A DNA stretch of 63,777 nucleotides, counting the filler, from Kipferlia bialata (Eukaryota), in the NCBI GenBank assembly GCA_003568945.1. It is 8 parts of 7 records of this genome, joined end to end, with 100 filler letters (N's around TTAATTAATTAA, not from the genome) between each part and the next. Parts side by side here need not be neighbours in the genome. Positions count along the whole stretch, not along the records: positions 1 to 10,317 come from BDIP01001455.1; positions 10,418 to 15,086 come from BDIP01001456.1; 6 more parts are not named here. One strand, given 5' to 3'. This document shows positions 1-13,961 of the stretch, piece by piece. The position numbers and the translations under genes are program-made. The notes beneath the pieces were generated by a model. That model saw nothing but the letters and a program-made list of their open reading frames with translations, ran no database searches and was not told the origin of the DNA. Numbering within the stretch: the first letter of the stretch is position 1; every line of letters starts with the position of its first letter.

Positions 1-379
1 ACAGGGTAGTGCAAGGGTACAGCCTGGAATCAGTCACAGTTCAGGCTCACACAATATCAGCAAGACCTTGATACTGTATAACTTGATATAGTATCAGTCT
101 CAGTGTGCCTTAGAGTATACATGTACACTACTCCAGTGCTTGGATTCTCGCCCCAGACACCAGTAACAGATTCTGTACCCCAAAGCATATACCACAAGAA
201 GCTCACGTACTCCACCTGTGTGACTGTCCTGGAAACATCTTGCCTTCACCAGAGGAGATATCAATCATTTTTTCGAAATCTTCTTCCGATTTTTCGAAAT
301 CGTTTTTTCAATAGGACTCACTAGGGGTGCAATACCTCGATACACGATCACCTCTTCCTCTTTTACCTAGCGACAAGCC

Positions 380-2504
380 ATGGATCGTGATACCCTGAGT
401 CGTGTGAGACCATACCTGGAGTATCGCGCAGGACCCTCAGGTGAATACAGTACTCTGACAGTGTTAACAGGATGACCTCCTATACCAATCTAGCTACCCT
501 ACAGCCAGTGACATGTGTGTGCCTTCACCCAAACACTAACCCCAGGCCACGCCTCGTCTGGTGACGTTACATCCGGCATTGTGGACATCAGCTACGATGG
601 GCCCGACGGAGAGGTGGTACAGGCACTGGTGGTGGGCAGGAACAGACAGGGTACAAAGTGAGTGACATGTGTGTACAGTGTATGTGCACATTGCTATACA
701 TCCTATATACATCATTATATGTGTTTAATGGGCCCTGATGTGAATGATGTTGTGACTCTGAAGGCATGGGAGGTAGCATGTTCTCAATTAGCCATCTAAA
801 ACCCATGTCTACAGTATCATGTCACGACTCAGTCTCAAGCTCTCTTTCCCCTTTGCGTTTCAGAGTGTGCATTGTATCAAATGACAACCTTAATATGGAC
901 GTTACCCAGCAGTATAGCTCACGCAGTACTTCATTCAATATTGTACGGAAGTCGGGTCTACAGCTACATGTCACAACAGCTTTACCATTCCAACTCTTGG
1001 TATCCAGATAGTATCTTCCCACCACAGGTCGGCCTGTGTCATATACACCCTTGACCCAGTGTCTGGTGACATCGAGTCCACAGACATACCTTTCCCTGGA
1101 CACAAGGTGTGATATGTGTTCTTGTGTCAGTACCAGTTCTATCCATCCTCGCTATTGCGTACACTTCATCTATTCTGTGGTCAAACGGTAAAGCCTAGTC
1201 TTACACTCAGGCACTCTGCAACACTCCCCTTACCCGTGTACAGAACACAGTGTACATGTTTGGAGGGTACATCCCTGGCGACAGAGCCAAGAGGCTAAAC
1301 ACACTGTGAGTCACATAGTTGTAACCATGCCTGTCAAGAAACACCACAGCGAAGGCACAATCCCTATCCGCTGTCCCTCTAACTCTACAGGTACAGCTTC
1401 GACATTCCCACCAGAGAGTGGACCGTGATCCCCGTCAAGGGAGAGTGGCCTGGTGTAAGGTACGTCCCGAAGTAGAATTCACGTGAAGTACACTTTCCTG
1501 GCCGACTTGTTCGTCTTCCACCACCTCTCTCTGTCTCTACACATACGTCTCTTTCCCAGGTCACCTTGCTCATAGACTCTTCCCTCCTCTCTCCTCTCCC
1601 TCTCAGGTCCTCGCACGTGGCCTTCTCTCTGAGCACCAACACATTCACGATTGCAGGTACAGGACTAACCCCTCTCTTGTGTGGTTAGACCCCACCCCTT
1701 CTGACCCAGGTGGATACCTCAAGTCACCTCTTCGTGATGTGTGGCGCTATGACACAGAGACCCAGAGATTCGAGCAGCTACCTGACCTGCCTCTACCCCT
1801 GTGCCGGGCCACAGCAGTGGTACATGCACCCAGGTATGTATGGGTGCCTTGTACACTCTCTACTCTCTTCCGTGGTGAGTCGTTACCGACATAGCATACT
1901 ACATCCCTCACGCTCTTACCTCTAGCAGCACTGTCCACATCATCGGAGGGGGCGACAAATGCGAGCAGACTCACCTCACATACTCCAACCAAGGTGTGTT
2001 CATATGACATCACTGTGTTGTGTCTGTCTCATATGAGTATTCTGCCTATTCTCACGCAGGAGAGTGGAATATCATCGCGGACCTTCCATTTGCCGCCAAC
2101 TCCTCTGCTGTAACCACCCTGGGAGACTGCGTCTACGTCATGGGGGGGCAGAACCATCTAGACAAGGTGCTATACTATATACCCTAAGTCGGTGGAACAT
2201 CGCTCCATTCACTCCTACACTCGCTCTTATCTCCAGGTTCATGTCTACCACGTCCAGGAGCGTCTCTGGAGAGAGCTTCGTTCCCTACCGATTGGCTTCA
2301 CCAGAGGGACTGCTTGTGTGCTGGGACAGAGGGCAGTCCTAGTCCACTCCCAGAGGTGAGAACACCTTCCCCAGCTATAGTTGGTTTCTCTTGATATAAC
2401 ATAGACCATTCTCCTCACCCAGGGACTTGATTGTGGGTCACCACATGGACAGCTACCTTACGCACCTAGAGGGCTTAGTGGAGGCTGTGAGGTGGGAGGG
2501 CTGA
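380..2504 (+). CDS. Kelch-repeat beta-propeller protein (multi-exon)
   Basis: ATG at 380 and GT-AG introns. Spliced peptide includes YSFDIPTREWTVIP, GGYLKSPLRDVWRYDTETQRFEQLPDLPLPLCRATAV, VHIIGGA and CVYVMGGQNHLDKVHVYHVQERLWRELRSLP (kelch GG...Y..W pattern). Stop TGA at 2502-2504. Confidence 0.8.
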
Positions 2505-2724
2505 TAATATCAGGCTGTGGTTCAATAATTATAGTAGATCTACGTCTATCCTCCAACCTATATCTCTGACTCTCCAGAGCCTTTGACTGTGGCTCCCTCC
2601 CAGTAACTGTCAGCACCCTTCTGCCCAAGGTTGGATGGGTTGTATATATAGGATCTATTCATATGTATAGTGTGTGTATATAGGTTACAGTGTCCACACA
2701 CAACCGTTCACCTCTCTTTCGTCA

Positions 2725-3883
2725 ATGTCAAGACGTATAAGTGCTTCGCAACACGTGGGTATACCTACACAACGCCTCCTCCGTTTACTCCAGCTGATCT
2801 CTCTGAGGGCATGCCAGGATAGTGTTGTCTGCTTCCAGCAGAGACTGGCCAAGATTACTGCCACACGTGCAGAGGTACGTAGATCATCCTACGTCACTCA
2901 GTACCATGACTATTTTCCCAATGAGCACCTCACACCCAGCTTGTGGAGGCTGACTGCGCTGCGCTGACGTCTGAGCTGCAGAGCCTTCTATTTTTGCTCT
3001 ACTATGACCAGATAGAGATGCGAGGGGCGGCCCAGGATGTGGCCATTGTGACCAGGGCCCACACCCTACTGAGGTCTGTCAGTGGTGTGAGGAGCTGCAC
3101 TGTACAGGCTGAGACCCGTGACATGTCTATGCGTGTCAGGTGGGTAAGCACGATCAATATAGTACACACTCTATCCCCCTTGTGTGGTATTGTGTGTGGT
3201 TTATTATACCTCCGTGTCTCCTGATCTAAACCCAGGCACCACCTCTCCCTCTCCATCAACACGACAGTGGGTCAGCTGTACATGATGCCGGGGGTGGAGA
3301 TACTGGCAACCCTGGAGAGGCCTCTGAGAGAGTGCGGGGAGATGCTGGAGGGGATGAAGGTGCCTGTCATCGAATAGTACATGACACTTCCACATTCGGT
3401 ATGAGGGCACTACTATTTATCTGTGCTTACTCACACCAGGAAGCCGCCGCTACTGTGTCAGAGGAATGGTGCGAGAGAGCCATTGACACGCTGAGAGAGG
3501 TATGGGATATATGTATACTACTGATACATAGGAGATCCTTGACACCCGTCAACAGCCTCAATAGCCCTCGTCACTACTCACCCCCAGCTTGCGAAGGCCC
3601 AGGCCCTCACCAACAACCACCAGCTGAGCCCAAAGGTACACTAATACTGATACATATTCTCACCAGTATATACACTGCCAAGTATAACACAGTATTGTAT
3701 CTCACCTGAGGGTTTCTTAGTCACTGTGACTAAGTTAGTCACATAATACGATTGTGTAAAGAGTAAAGAGATTTCTGATACTGACACCAGGTCCTGCAGA
3801 AGGTGTGTGAGGCTGATGACGTAGGTGACGGAGAGAGCACCAGAGCTGACATGAGGGCAGTAGGGATGATGCTGAAGGTGTAG
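2725..3883 (+). CDS. Hypothetical helical protein (about 7 exons)
   Basis: Exons join in frame: MSRRISASQH/LISLRACQD.../LVEADCAALTSEL.../EAAATVSEEW.../LAKAQAL.../VLQKVCE...MLKV*. Acceptors are of the CTCAC/CTGAC-AG type. No family recognised. Confidence 0.55.
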
Positions 3884-4362
3884 AGACTCGCAATTGGCCT
3901 AGATTGAGTGACAGTGGGACGGAGTCTATACTATGTCAAGACAGAAAATGGATAGATGGTGGATTTAGCACTTGCGACTCCAAGAATTACTGCCAGGCCC
4001 TGCCATATAGGCTCTAAGGAGACTCTTTCTCCATTTTGTAAGTTTGTTACTCTTCGATGGAGTTACCGAGCTCATAGCCTATGACTCACATAGACTCGCT
4101 GAGAGGAAATATTATCGCAGACCACTCAGTTGTGATGTGGGTCTATCCCATAGACTATGGCGAGCAAACAAATCACCTTGCCCAATTACACTGAGTACAC
4201 TTATACCCAATATATGCTCTGCCTTCCCGTACATACAGTAACAGTGTCACGAAACATAACTAACAATCCACATGGTGTATGTATAATATATGTATATGTA
4301 GCTGAAGACACAACGAACACTTGAATTACACGGCTAAAGGGGATCAACCGGGACAGTGTCTA

Positions 4363-7300
4363 TTATTCCCTCATCAACAGGCACTCCTGCACATTGAATT
4401 TCTGGGGTGAGGAAGTAGCAAGTAAGAAGAAGTGGTAATACTAGTATATAGTGGAGTCAAGAAGAGAGCAAGTACACACTCACGCGAAAGTCCAGGATAA
4501 ATATACTCAATAGTAACACCCCTCCATGTCTTGATAGCGTACTGCCAGAGGAATATAATTGCCCCCCCCCCCCCCATATTTACACACCATATACATATCC
4601 ATACACACCTTGATAGCGTACTGCCAAAGGAATAAAATAGAACACATCCATATATACAAACCCACATACATACACATATCCATGCATACCTTGATAGCGT
4701 ACTGCCAGAGGAATGGCTCCTGGATGAATGAGGACACACTCCCCTTGAGCTTGGCCTCCATCCACTCGTAGTGCTGGCACCGCTCGATCTTAGCACTGGG
4801 GTGAGACAAAATCTCCATCTTAACTACTCTACACTAATAGAAATGAAATATATACATATAATGTGCACTATGTATACATATAAACACTCACTTTGCCTCC
4901 ACCCCCCTCTCCCTCTTCATCTCAGGCACCAGGACCTGTTCGTCTAGCTCCCGGGTCACTGGAAGGTTAGAATGCAAGATATGTATATATGTATATATAT
5001 ATACTACATAGCCAGTACATCTAGCTTCCAGAGGATAGTGCACAGATATATATGAACATAAACATCCACTCATAATGATCTTGCAACCGTATGAAAATGT
5101 AACTACACATATAGAGCAATAACCGTACCCAGCCACAGGGCGTCGTACTGCTGGTACCCCAATCATATGATAATACATTTGAATAGACACATGTGTACGT
5201 ATATGCATAAATTGTATACTATTATATCACTTTCTACCGTACCCAGCCACAGGGTGTCGTACTGCTGACCGGGCCCAGGCTCGGGTAGCCCATGGGCTCT
5301 GGGGTGAGAGGAATGTATATATATACATATATATATGTGATTATGAATATGTATATATACTACAACTGATGGATAACTACACTGAGTAGCCCATGGGCTC
5401 TGGGGTGAGAGGAATGTATACACTACTTGCATCAGCTGCGTATATAGTGTACACTGATGGATAACCACTGAGTAGCCCATGGGAGGTGTGGTGAGTATAT
5501 GGCAGGGTGGTTCAATAGTGCAGAGGAGTACACACATATGGTATTCCCCCCCCACCTGTACCACCTCCTGTGGTGCTCCTCGGACTTGTATATCCTCAGG
5601 GACATGTGGTAGATGTTCTGGGGTGAGATGGGGGTTGGGTGCCTGCAAAGTACAATCACACCTGCTACACTCCTTAGCCTCTCTCTCTCTCTCTCTCTGT
5701 CTCTATCTTCCCGAAGACTGATGCTTACCTGCCCCACTCTGTTCCTATATATAACTCTATCTCCCCTCACTATGTAGATCCCCATTATAGTTACCCATAC
5801 ACCACCCCATCCGTACCTGCCCCACTCTGTTTCCATTTGCCCCAGGCTTGTCTATGTTGGCCAAGAGCTGGGCAACGTCAAACACATTCTCAACTGGGGG
5901 TAAGGCCTGATATATATACTGCTATATTATGTATCAATAAGTATGGCATATGGCATCAATGATACTGATAAACAACGTCAAACACATTCTCAACTGGGGT
6001 GAGGCCTAATATTATGTATATATATACTGTGACAAGGTCATGCATAAACAAGGTGTGTCTGTCGGTCAATGTACATACGTCTATACCTGATTGGCCGAAC
6101 TCTCTGATCCTTTATCACAATCACAAACACACACACACACACACATGTACACACATCCCTACCTGCTTGGCCGAACTCCGTGGGGTGCAGCACCACATAG
6201 GAGAAGGGGAGGGGGGCCTTGGCTGGGATGAGAGGGTATGGGCATATACGTTAAGGTACCATACATTACCATACTGATACACTGCATATATCCACCCACC
6301 TGCCATTGACTGTCTCTGTATGGCTATACTATAAACATATACTGTTTGTACATATACTGACACTGTATATCCACTGACCTGCCATCGACTGTGTCTACAT
6401 TGCCTCTCTTCTACATACTATATATCCATATACATATACACAACATATACTTTCCCATAAATAAATGCATATGTGTATTGTACACATACACCCTATATAC
6501 CTGCCATCGACTGTGTCTGTATTGCCTTCCAGGCCTCTCTCCGTCTAATCTCACTCTTGTCAGAACTCTTGGTGGCGGCATCGCCCTGGGGGTGAGGGAA
6601 GTGACACATACATACATTATATTACATAGGTATATTTACTATTTAGATATGTTAATGAATACACAGACTCTTGGTGGCGGCATCGCCCTGGGGGTGAGGG
6701 TAGTGTCACACATATATTCTATATAACATGAACACCATCTATATAAATACATGGATACGCATACCTGGTTGGACAGCTTCTTTGCCGGTTCCAGGGCCAC
6801 CCTCTGGTTCCTAGTGCGTCTGGCCTTGACGATGTCCTTCTGGCCCTGGGGTGAGGGGGTGAGGAAATATATATGGATATACATAAACACTTACATATAC
6901 ATACTATATAATAATGTATATATATATAATGATATCTGGCCTTGACGATGTCCTTCTGACCCTGGGGTCAGAGGATACATATATAGTATATATATATATA
7001 CATACATAAATGGTAAGGCCCTGAGGGGTGAGGGTATAGGTACATATTATAGTAAATATACATATAAGATGAAGTATATATAAGTAGTGCTAGTATGAGT
7101 CTTGGCCTTGACGATGTCCTTCTGGCCCTGAGGGGTGAGGGTATATACATATATAGTACACACACATATATATATACAATATACACTAACAGATATTCAG
7201 ATACCCACTCACCGCCTTCATGTCCCTGAGTGCCAGCCCCACCCCCGAGTATATATATACACAGCGATATATCTATCTATATATTATATATATACCAATG

Positions 7301-9086
7301 GATACTATATATATATATATCTATCCACTCACCGCCTTCATGTCTCTGAGTGCCAGCCCCACCCCAGAGTATATGTGGGCAGCACCCGAGCAGGGGTGCA
7401 TGTGGGGCAGCATGGCCTGGCCTGGGGTCAAATAGACTTATACATACATCTACAAAGAGGTAAAGAAACAATAAGGATCATGGATATACCAGCCAAGCTT
7501 TGCAAAGTCCATGACTGCCACCTGCCATATACACATACATACATACATATACATGTATACATATACAGGCAAATATCACTAGAGAAGTAAGACAATAGGA
7601 ATAGTACAATAGATACATTCATGTCCTCACCTAGCTTAGCAAAGTCCATGACTGCCACTCCTGCCCCCCAGATGAACACATACTATATATATACACGAAT
7701 ACTAATTTATATATACATACATATATGTACATAAATAGGCTACATCCACCCACCCAGCTTAGCAAAGTCCATGACTGCCACCCCTGCCCCCTTGAGGGCA
7801 TCCAGCTTGGTACGGGTCACACCGCTGGGGTGAGAGCATGTACACATTATATACTTATTAGATACACCATACATAGGAGAGAGTACATATACACAGAGGA
7901 GAGGGTATGTGTGCATATATGCAAGGTATCCAGCTTGGTGCGGGTCACACCGTTGGTAAGAGTACATACTATACACACACTACGTACCTTCCCCTCCCTG
8001 CTCCCTTCCCCCCCACCGTCAGTGGGTATCTCTTGACAAAGGTGGCCTGAAGGTGGCTCCAGTTGTGGCTGGGGTGAGAAGGAGAAGAAATACTGATAGT
8101 CTATGTTATGAACCCTAGATTGGCAGGATACCCACCTGTCAAACTCGTTGACTGTGTTCTCGATCAGCTTTGTGGTCCTCTCCAGCAGATAGTCAGTCCA
8201 GGTGAGGCCGGCCTCTGCCTGCTGGCCCTGAGGTCAGAGATATATGTAGATATATATACCCATACATATATAGAGAGAGATAGAGAGAGAGAGATTGGGT
8301 GGGTGAGGCATCTGCTCTGAGGTCATATGTATATATATATCCAAGTGTATGCATAGAGTGTGAGAGAGAGAGACCACCCACCAGCTTGTTCCCCCTCTTC
8401 CTGTTTCTGACCATGATGCCTCTCTCATTCCTGATAGTCTCAGGCCTGCTGACTGGCTTGTGGTCACCCTGGTCCTGGGGTGAGTGCCATCAATAGGCAA
8501 GAGAGATCACCAATTAGTGGAGACTGTATATGTAGAAGTTAATGGTATATTGTGGTCACCTTGGTCCTAGGGTAAGGGAGTAGTGCTCATTGTTTAATAG
8601 ACAATTGTGAGATATGTAGCTAAGCGATGTAATGTATTGTTGATGATATGAGAGAGACATAGAAACAATGAGACATTGAATAGTCGTAGCAGAGGAGAAT
8701 GCACAGAATAGCTACTACCCATGCAGGGGGGTATAAGTAACATATATAGGAACCTCTTCCCAACCGATCTGATACTGATACTGATACCACCCACCTGTGC
8801 CTCCCTACGCTTCAGTATATCCACAATGACCCGAGATCCAGGAGCGCACACATCGTTCCCTGATGTGAGGAAGATGGGAGAGAGTAGAGTATGGAGTAAG
8901 AAAGTGAAGAAAGAATAGGGCAGCAGGGGAACTCTTGCTGAGGTAACTGAGTGGACCAACACAACTAGTAGAATACTATATCAAGTTTCAGAGTTGTTCT
9001 GGTGTATATAGGGATACTGGGGGTCACATACTTGTCTCCATATCCCTCATGCGCGCCACATCGTCAGACACCCCATTCTCGTCCAT
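4363..9086 (-). CDS. Hypothetical protein with about 16 short exons and echo-laden introns
   Basis: ATG at 9086 (MDENGVSDDVARMRDMET). Exons include NDVCAPGSRVIVDILKRREAQ, GAGVAVMDFAKLG, PFSYVVLHPTEFGQ, IQEPFLWQYAIK and KFNVQECLLMRE*. GT-AG boundaries are consistent. Confidence 0.7.
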
Positions 9087-9327
9087 ACCCTCCTCTCAGC
9101 CCCTCTCAGCAGTAGTAGCAGCTACACAGTGCTTAGTAGTGCACACAGAACAGAGGATAGTGCTGCACGAGACCTCTATGTGTCCAAAGAGTGAAGCATC
9201 CCAGAGATGGACAAAACACTAAATCGGATGCTTGTTCCTAACTTTGGTTAGATGACTTTACCTAAAGTAATCGACCGAGACACCAAACTGAGAGTCAGAT
9301 GGCACCGACAAGCAGCCTTTTCTCAAG

Positions 9328-10237
<910 letters not shown>

Positions 10238-10317
10238 TAAGGAGAAGGCATTCTCTCTATCTCTTTCTCTATCCCCCCCCCCCCCCCCCCCCCCCCGGCC
10301 CCCCCGCGCGCCCCTCA

Positions 10318-10417
10318 NNNNNNNNNNNNNNNNNNNNNNNNNNNNNNNNNNNNNNNNNNNNTTAATTAATTAANNNNNNNNNNNNNNNNNNNNNNNNNNN
10401 NNNNNNNNNNNNNNNNN
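10318..10417. other. Artificial contig linker (N44-TTAATTAATTAA-N44)
   Basis: Identical 100-nt structure recurs 7 times; it carries stop codons in all six frames. Confidence 0.98.
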
Positions 10418-10468
<51 letters not shown>

Positions 10469-10815
10469 ATTCACTACACTACTGCTCAAAATATCGAAGA
10501 TAGATATCATTATATTCGCCATCGCGAAGTTTAGTCATCCCCTACGGGATATTAGTGCATACAGAGAAGAATAGGAAAACGGTACCGGTACCGGTACCAA
10601 TACTGTCACAAACATATATTACCCTACACCCACCTGGACGTCCTGGAGGGACACTCCGTGAAAGTCACCACCCCGAGCACTCATACTGAGTCTCTCAGAC
10701 AGGGGTGGGGGGGTGTATAGTAGCTAAGGTAGAAAACCAGCGAGACCGTAACCCTCGAGATTTTTGATTTCTGTGTGAGGGTTTAGCGTCAGACCAGCTG
10801 AGTTGCTGAGCTCAG

Positions 10816-13159
10816 GCTCTACACTCTTACTTTCTCCAACATGGTTCTAGAACGCATCATCCAGAGGTTATATGCCCCTCCAGCCCTAACAGCACACAAG
10901 GTATTGATGTGCCTTAGACTCTCAGCAGAGAGTATATGTGCCCCCCCCCCCCCCCCCCCCCCCAAACTCTCTCTCTCTCTCATAATATGTATTACTGTCT
11001 CCTAACGTCAGCATGGACCCCTGAGAATGTGAAGCAGTACCTGGTGCCCACACAGGTATACACTCTCTATGTATATTCTATCTATATATGGTCTCCAGTG
11101 CGCACAAGTCTCCCCCCCCCCCCCCTTCGTCTGACCTTCTCTGTTAATGAATATGTATTTCCCCCTCCTATCCTTAACCCCCCAGGATGAGGTCGAGTTA
11201 CTGAGGTCTCTCTCTCTCTCTCTCTCTCTCTGTCTACCCCGCCCCTTACCCCCCAGGATGAGGACGAGCAGCCTGTCTCCGTGGCCTCCTCCTTCTCCCC
11301 ATCGGGTCTGGCAGAGACAAAGAAGAGGGTAGGACAGATACTGGTACTGATACTGATTTGTTTCTTCATTTACTCTTTGTATAGTACCATCACTGAAAGA
11401 GACAAAGAAGAGGGTATGGATGGTATCTATTTGTATAGTATTGGCCACAGTCCCTTAGTATCACTAGTACCTCCCCATACTAAGTACCATTCCTGCTATG
11501 TGTCATGTCCCCCACCCCCAGAAGGGTGTGGCTATAGGTGTATATATGAACTGCTATAACACTTTGCCCCATACCCCCCACCCCCAGAAGGATGTGGCCA
11601 TAATTATATATAATACTGTATACAGTCATTCCCTATATACTCCATACTCTTTGCACCATGTCCCCCACCCCCAGAAGGGTGTGGCCATGCCTAAGGGTGC
11701 CATCCCCAAGGCCTGTCTGGTACCAGAGGCACTGGACAAGCCAAGTGGCCAGAACGTAAGGTGAGGAGGTGTTTAGTCTCAGTATCTTTGTAGTATGCTA
11801 TGACTGTATATATGAGTGTACTGTCCCTCTGACCCCTAGACCCAGACCCAGTGGCAAGCCAGTTGACACCATCGACAGAGAGACCATAGCAGGTGGGTAG
11901 CAGTACATTACTATATATATATGTATATTCATTCATACATCCAACCCCAGCCAGTGGGCGTGCCTATAAGGCTAGGAGTGTAGCAGTATATACTCTCTTT
12001 CTCTATACATATCCATATCTATATATACATCCAACCCCAGCCAGTGGGCGTGGCTATGAGGTCAGGATGCCTATTCCTAGGCGGATGCTGCTCAGGCTGT
12101 TGCACGACCACTACAGGGCAACGGTGCTCAACAAGGTGGGTGGAGGGACTTGTGGATTCTTGTCATCTCACTCCAGCCCCTTGACTTCCCCCGCCCCATA
12201 TATATATTACATAGTTGGAGGGTGGAGCTTTCTCACAATGCCTCATACAGTTACGTAGACTCATATGTCTGAGTGGTGTGTTATCTCACCGCAGCCCCTT
12301 GACTTCCCCAGACCCACCTCTGTGGAGACCATACTCTCAGACTACGTCGAGTACATATCCCCACTCGAAGGTATATAGTGTGGTGACTACAATATCACTT
12401 CTGTGTTTCTGCTTTACAATATGGACCATGTACCCATTGTCTCTTCTCACCCTCTCAGATGGGTCTGGTGACGTTACCATGACCTCTGGCCCGGCCAGAG
12501 AGGGAGAGAAGAAGGTACAGCCATCGTCTATACTATATGTATATTCATTGTATATACTCCACATCTTCCCACCCACCCCAGACCCCCAAGAGACAGCTGA
12601 CCGAGACGTATGTGGCCGGCCTCAAGTCCACCTTCAACACTCTGCTCCCCCTCTGCCTCCTCTATGAGAATGAGAGGGAGGACTACGATGGGTACTTTGG
12701 GGAGCACCTCACACAGAGCCAGCAGGAGGTGAGACACGATATCTAGAATAACATCAATTCCTCCGTATAGACCCCCCCCCCCCCCCTTTCCTTTCTCTGT
12801 CTTGCATCAATGGTGTCTGACCCAGCCCTCCGACCCCCTCTCCCCAGTTGAGTACTATGGGGCAGAGCACCTGCTCAGGCTGTTCACAAGGTGGGTATAT
12901 CTCTTTTAGTGCTACACTTGGATACACCTTAGCCCCCCCCTTTCTATCTTATATATAGGCTCCCTGAGGTCTTGGCCCTCCAGAACATACCAGAGAGCGC
13001 CCTGTCTGAACTCATATGCAAGGTATCACAAGTATATTTATGTATATAGAGACACATATATGTATTGACATATATCACAAGACACTCGTTGCACACTCAT
13101 CCCAGAGCCAAGAGGTGCTCCAGTACATGAACAGCCGAGAGGAATCACTCTTCGAGTAA
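10816..13159 (+). CDS. MRG-domain protein (MRG15/Eaf3/MSL3 family); N-terminal exons uncertain
   Basis: Spliced VRMPIPRRMLLRLLHDHY, PTSVETILSDYVEY, GLKSTFNTLLPLCLLYENEREDY, EYYGAEHLLRLFTRLPEVL and SQEVLQYMNSREESLFE* match MRG domain motifs. No chromo barrel recognised upstream. Confidence 0.88.
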
Positions 13160-13304
13160 ATTCTTGCATCGAGTAGTTTTTGATCGGATTATTCCGATTC
13201 TCTCCGACTTTGCGACTTTCGATATTTTTACTCGACCATGTACACGACCTTTGTTTTTGGCCTTCCACCTCTTACATCTTCTCTTTCAACACTTCTTGAC
13301 TTAT

Positions 13305-13778
13305 ATGGCACGTGTTAAGCGTCGCACGCCACTCCGCAGGTTTGTGAGACCCAGTGTGTTGATACCGAGTGTGGATAGCGTAGTACAGGAGACCCCTCTG
13401 GCTAGGGTGAGAGAGACTGAGAGAGAGTACCAGTCAGTGTATGAGAGTGGGCCTAGGGACACAGAGGATGTCTCTATGTCTGGGGATGAGGGTAGTGACA
13501 GTGATGTCAGTGAGGGTGTGGAGGTGGAGGCGGGGAGTGACCCTGATGCAGAGATGGAGGCATACAGGATAGAGTGCAGAGAGTGTGGGGACTACTACAC
13601 ATTGACAGCGGCTGAGTGGGTGCAGCATCCTCCACACCTGTGTTATCAGTGTCAGGTGAGGAGCCACCTGACACATTGTGACTTCCACCTAGGTGTCACA
13701 TGTGATGATGTCGCCACAGACATAGTCATACACATACCCAGCCTCGACTTGGTATCGCGGTACCGGCTCTCACAGTAA
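13305..13778 (+). CDS. Small acidic protein with CxxC...CxxC zinc ribbon
   Basis: Basic MARVKRR start, an acidic tract, then IECRECGDYYTLTAAEWVQHPPHLCYQCQ. Possible short intron near 13656-13692. Confidence 0.55.
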   Translation: MARVKRRTPLRRFVRPSVLIPSVDSVVQETPLARVRETEREYQSVYESGPRDTEDVSMSGDEGSDSDVSEGVEVEAGSDPDAEMEAYRIECRECGDYYTLTAAEWVQHPPHLCYQCQVRSHLTHCDFHLGVTCDDVATDIVIHIPSLDLVSRYRLSQ

Positions 13779-13961
13779 TGCCAAGTCTGACGTATTCACT
13801 CTTGATTCAGACTCTTCAATACCTTTACCGCTACCATAGAAACAGCAATCCAAACAAGAAATCTTACTAGTAAACATAGCTTATATACTTGGACTGGAAC
13901 ATAAACTGAGTACAGAGTTAGAAGTTGGACGCCTCACGATCACCATCCAATCTATCGTACA

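Noticed and set aside
10362..10373. Recurrent palindrome TTAATTAATTAA
   Set aside because: Always centred in 88 Ns; an artificial six-frame stop linker. No synteny can be inferred across it.
10418..10467. Long poly-G/poly-C tracts at contig ends
   Set aside because: They coincide with assembly breaks and their lengths are unreliable; not telomeric repeats.
13155..13160. Giardia-type AGTAAA poly(A) signal overlapping the MRG stop
   Set aside because: Not consistently found after other stop codons in the window.
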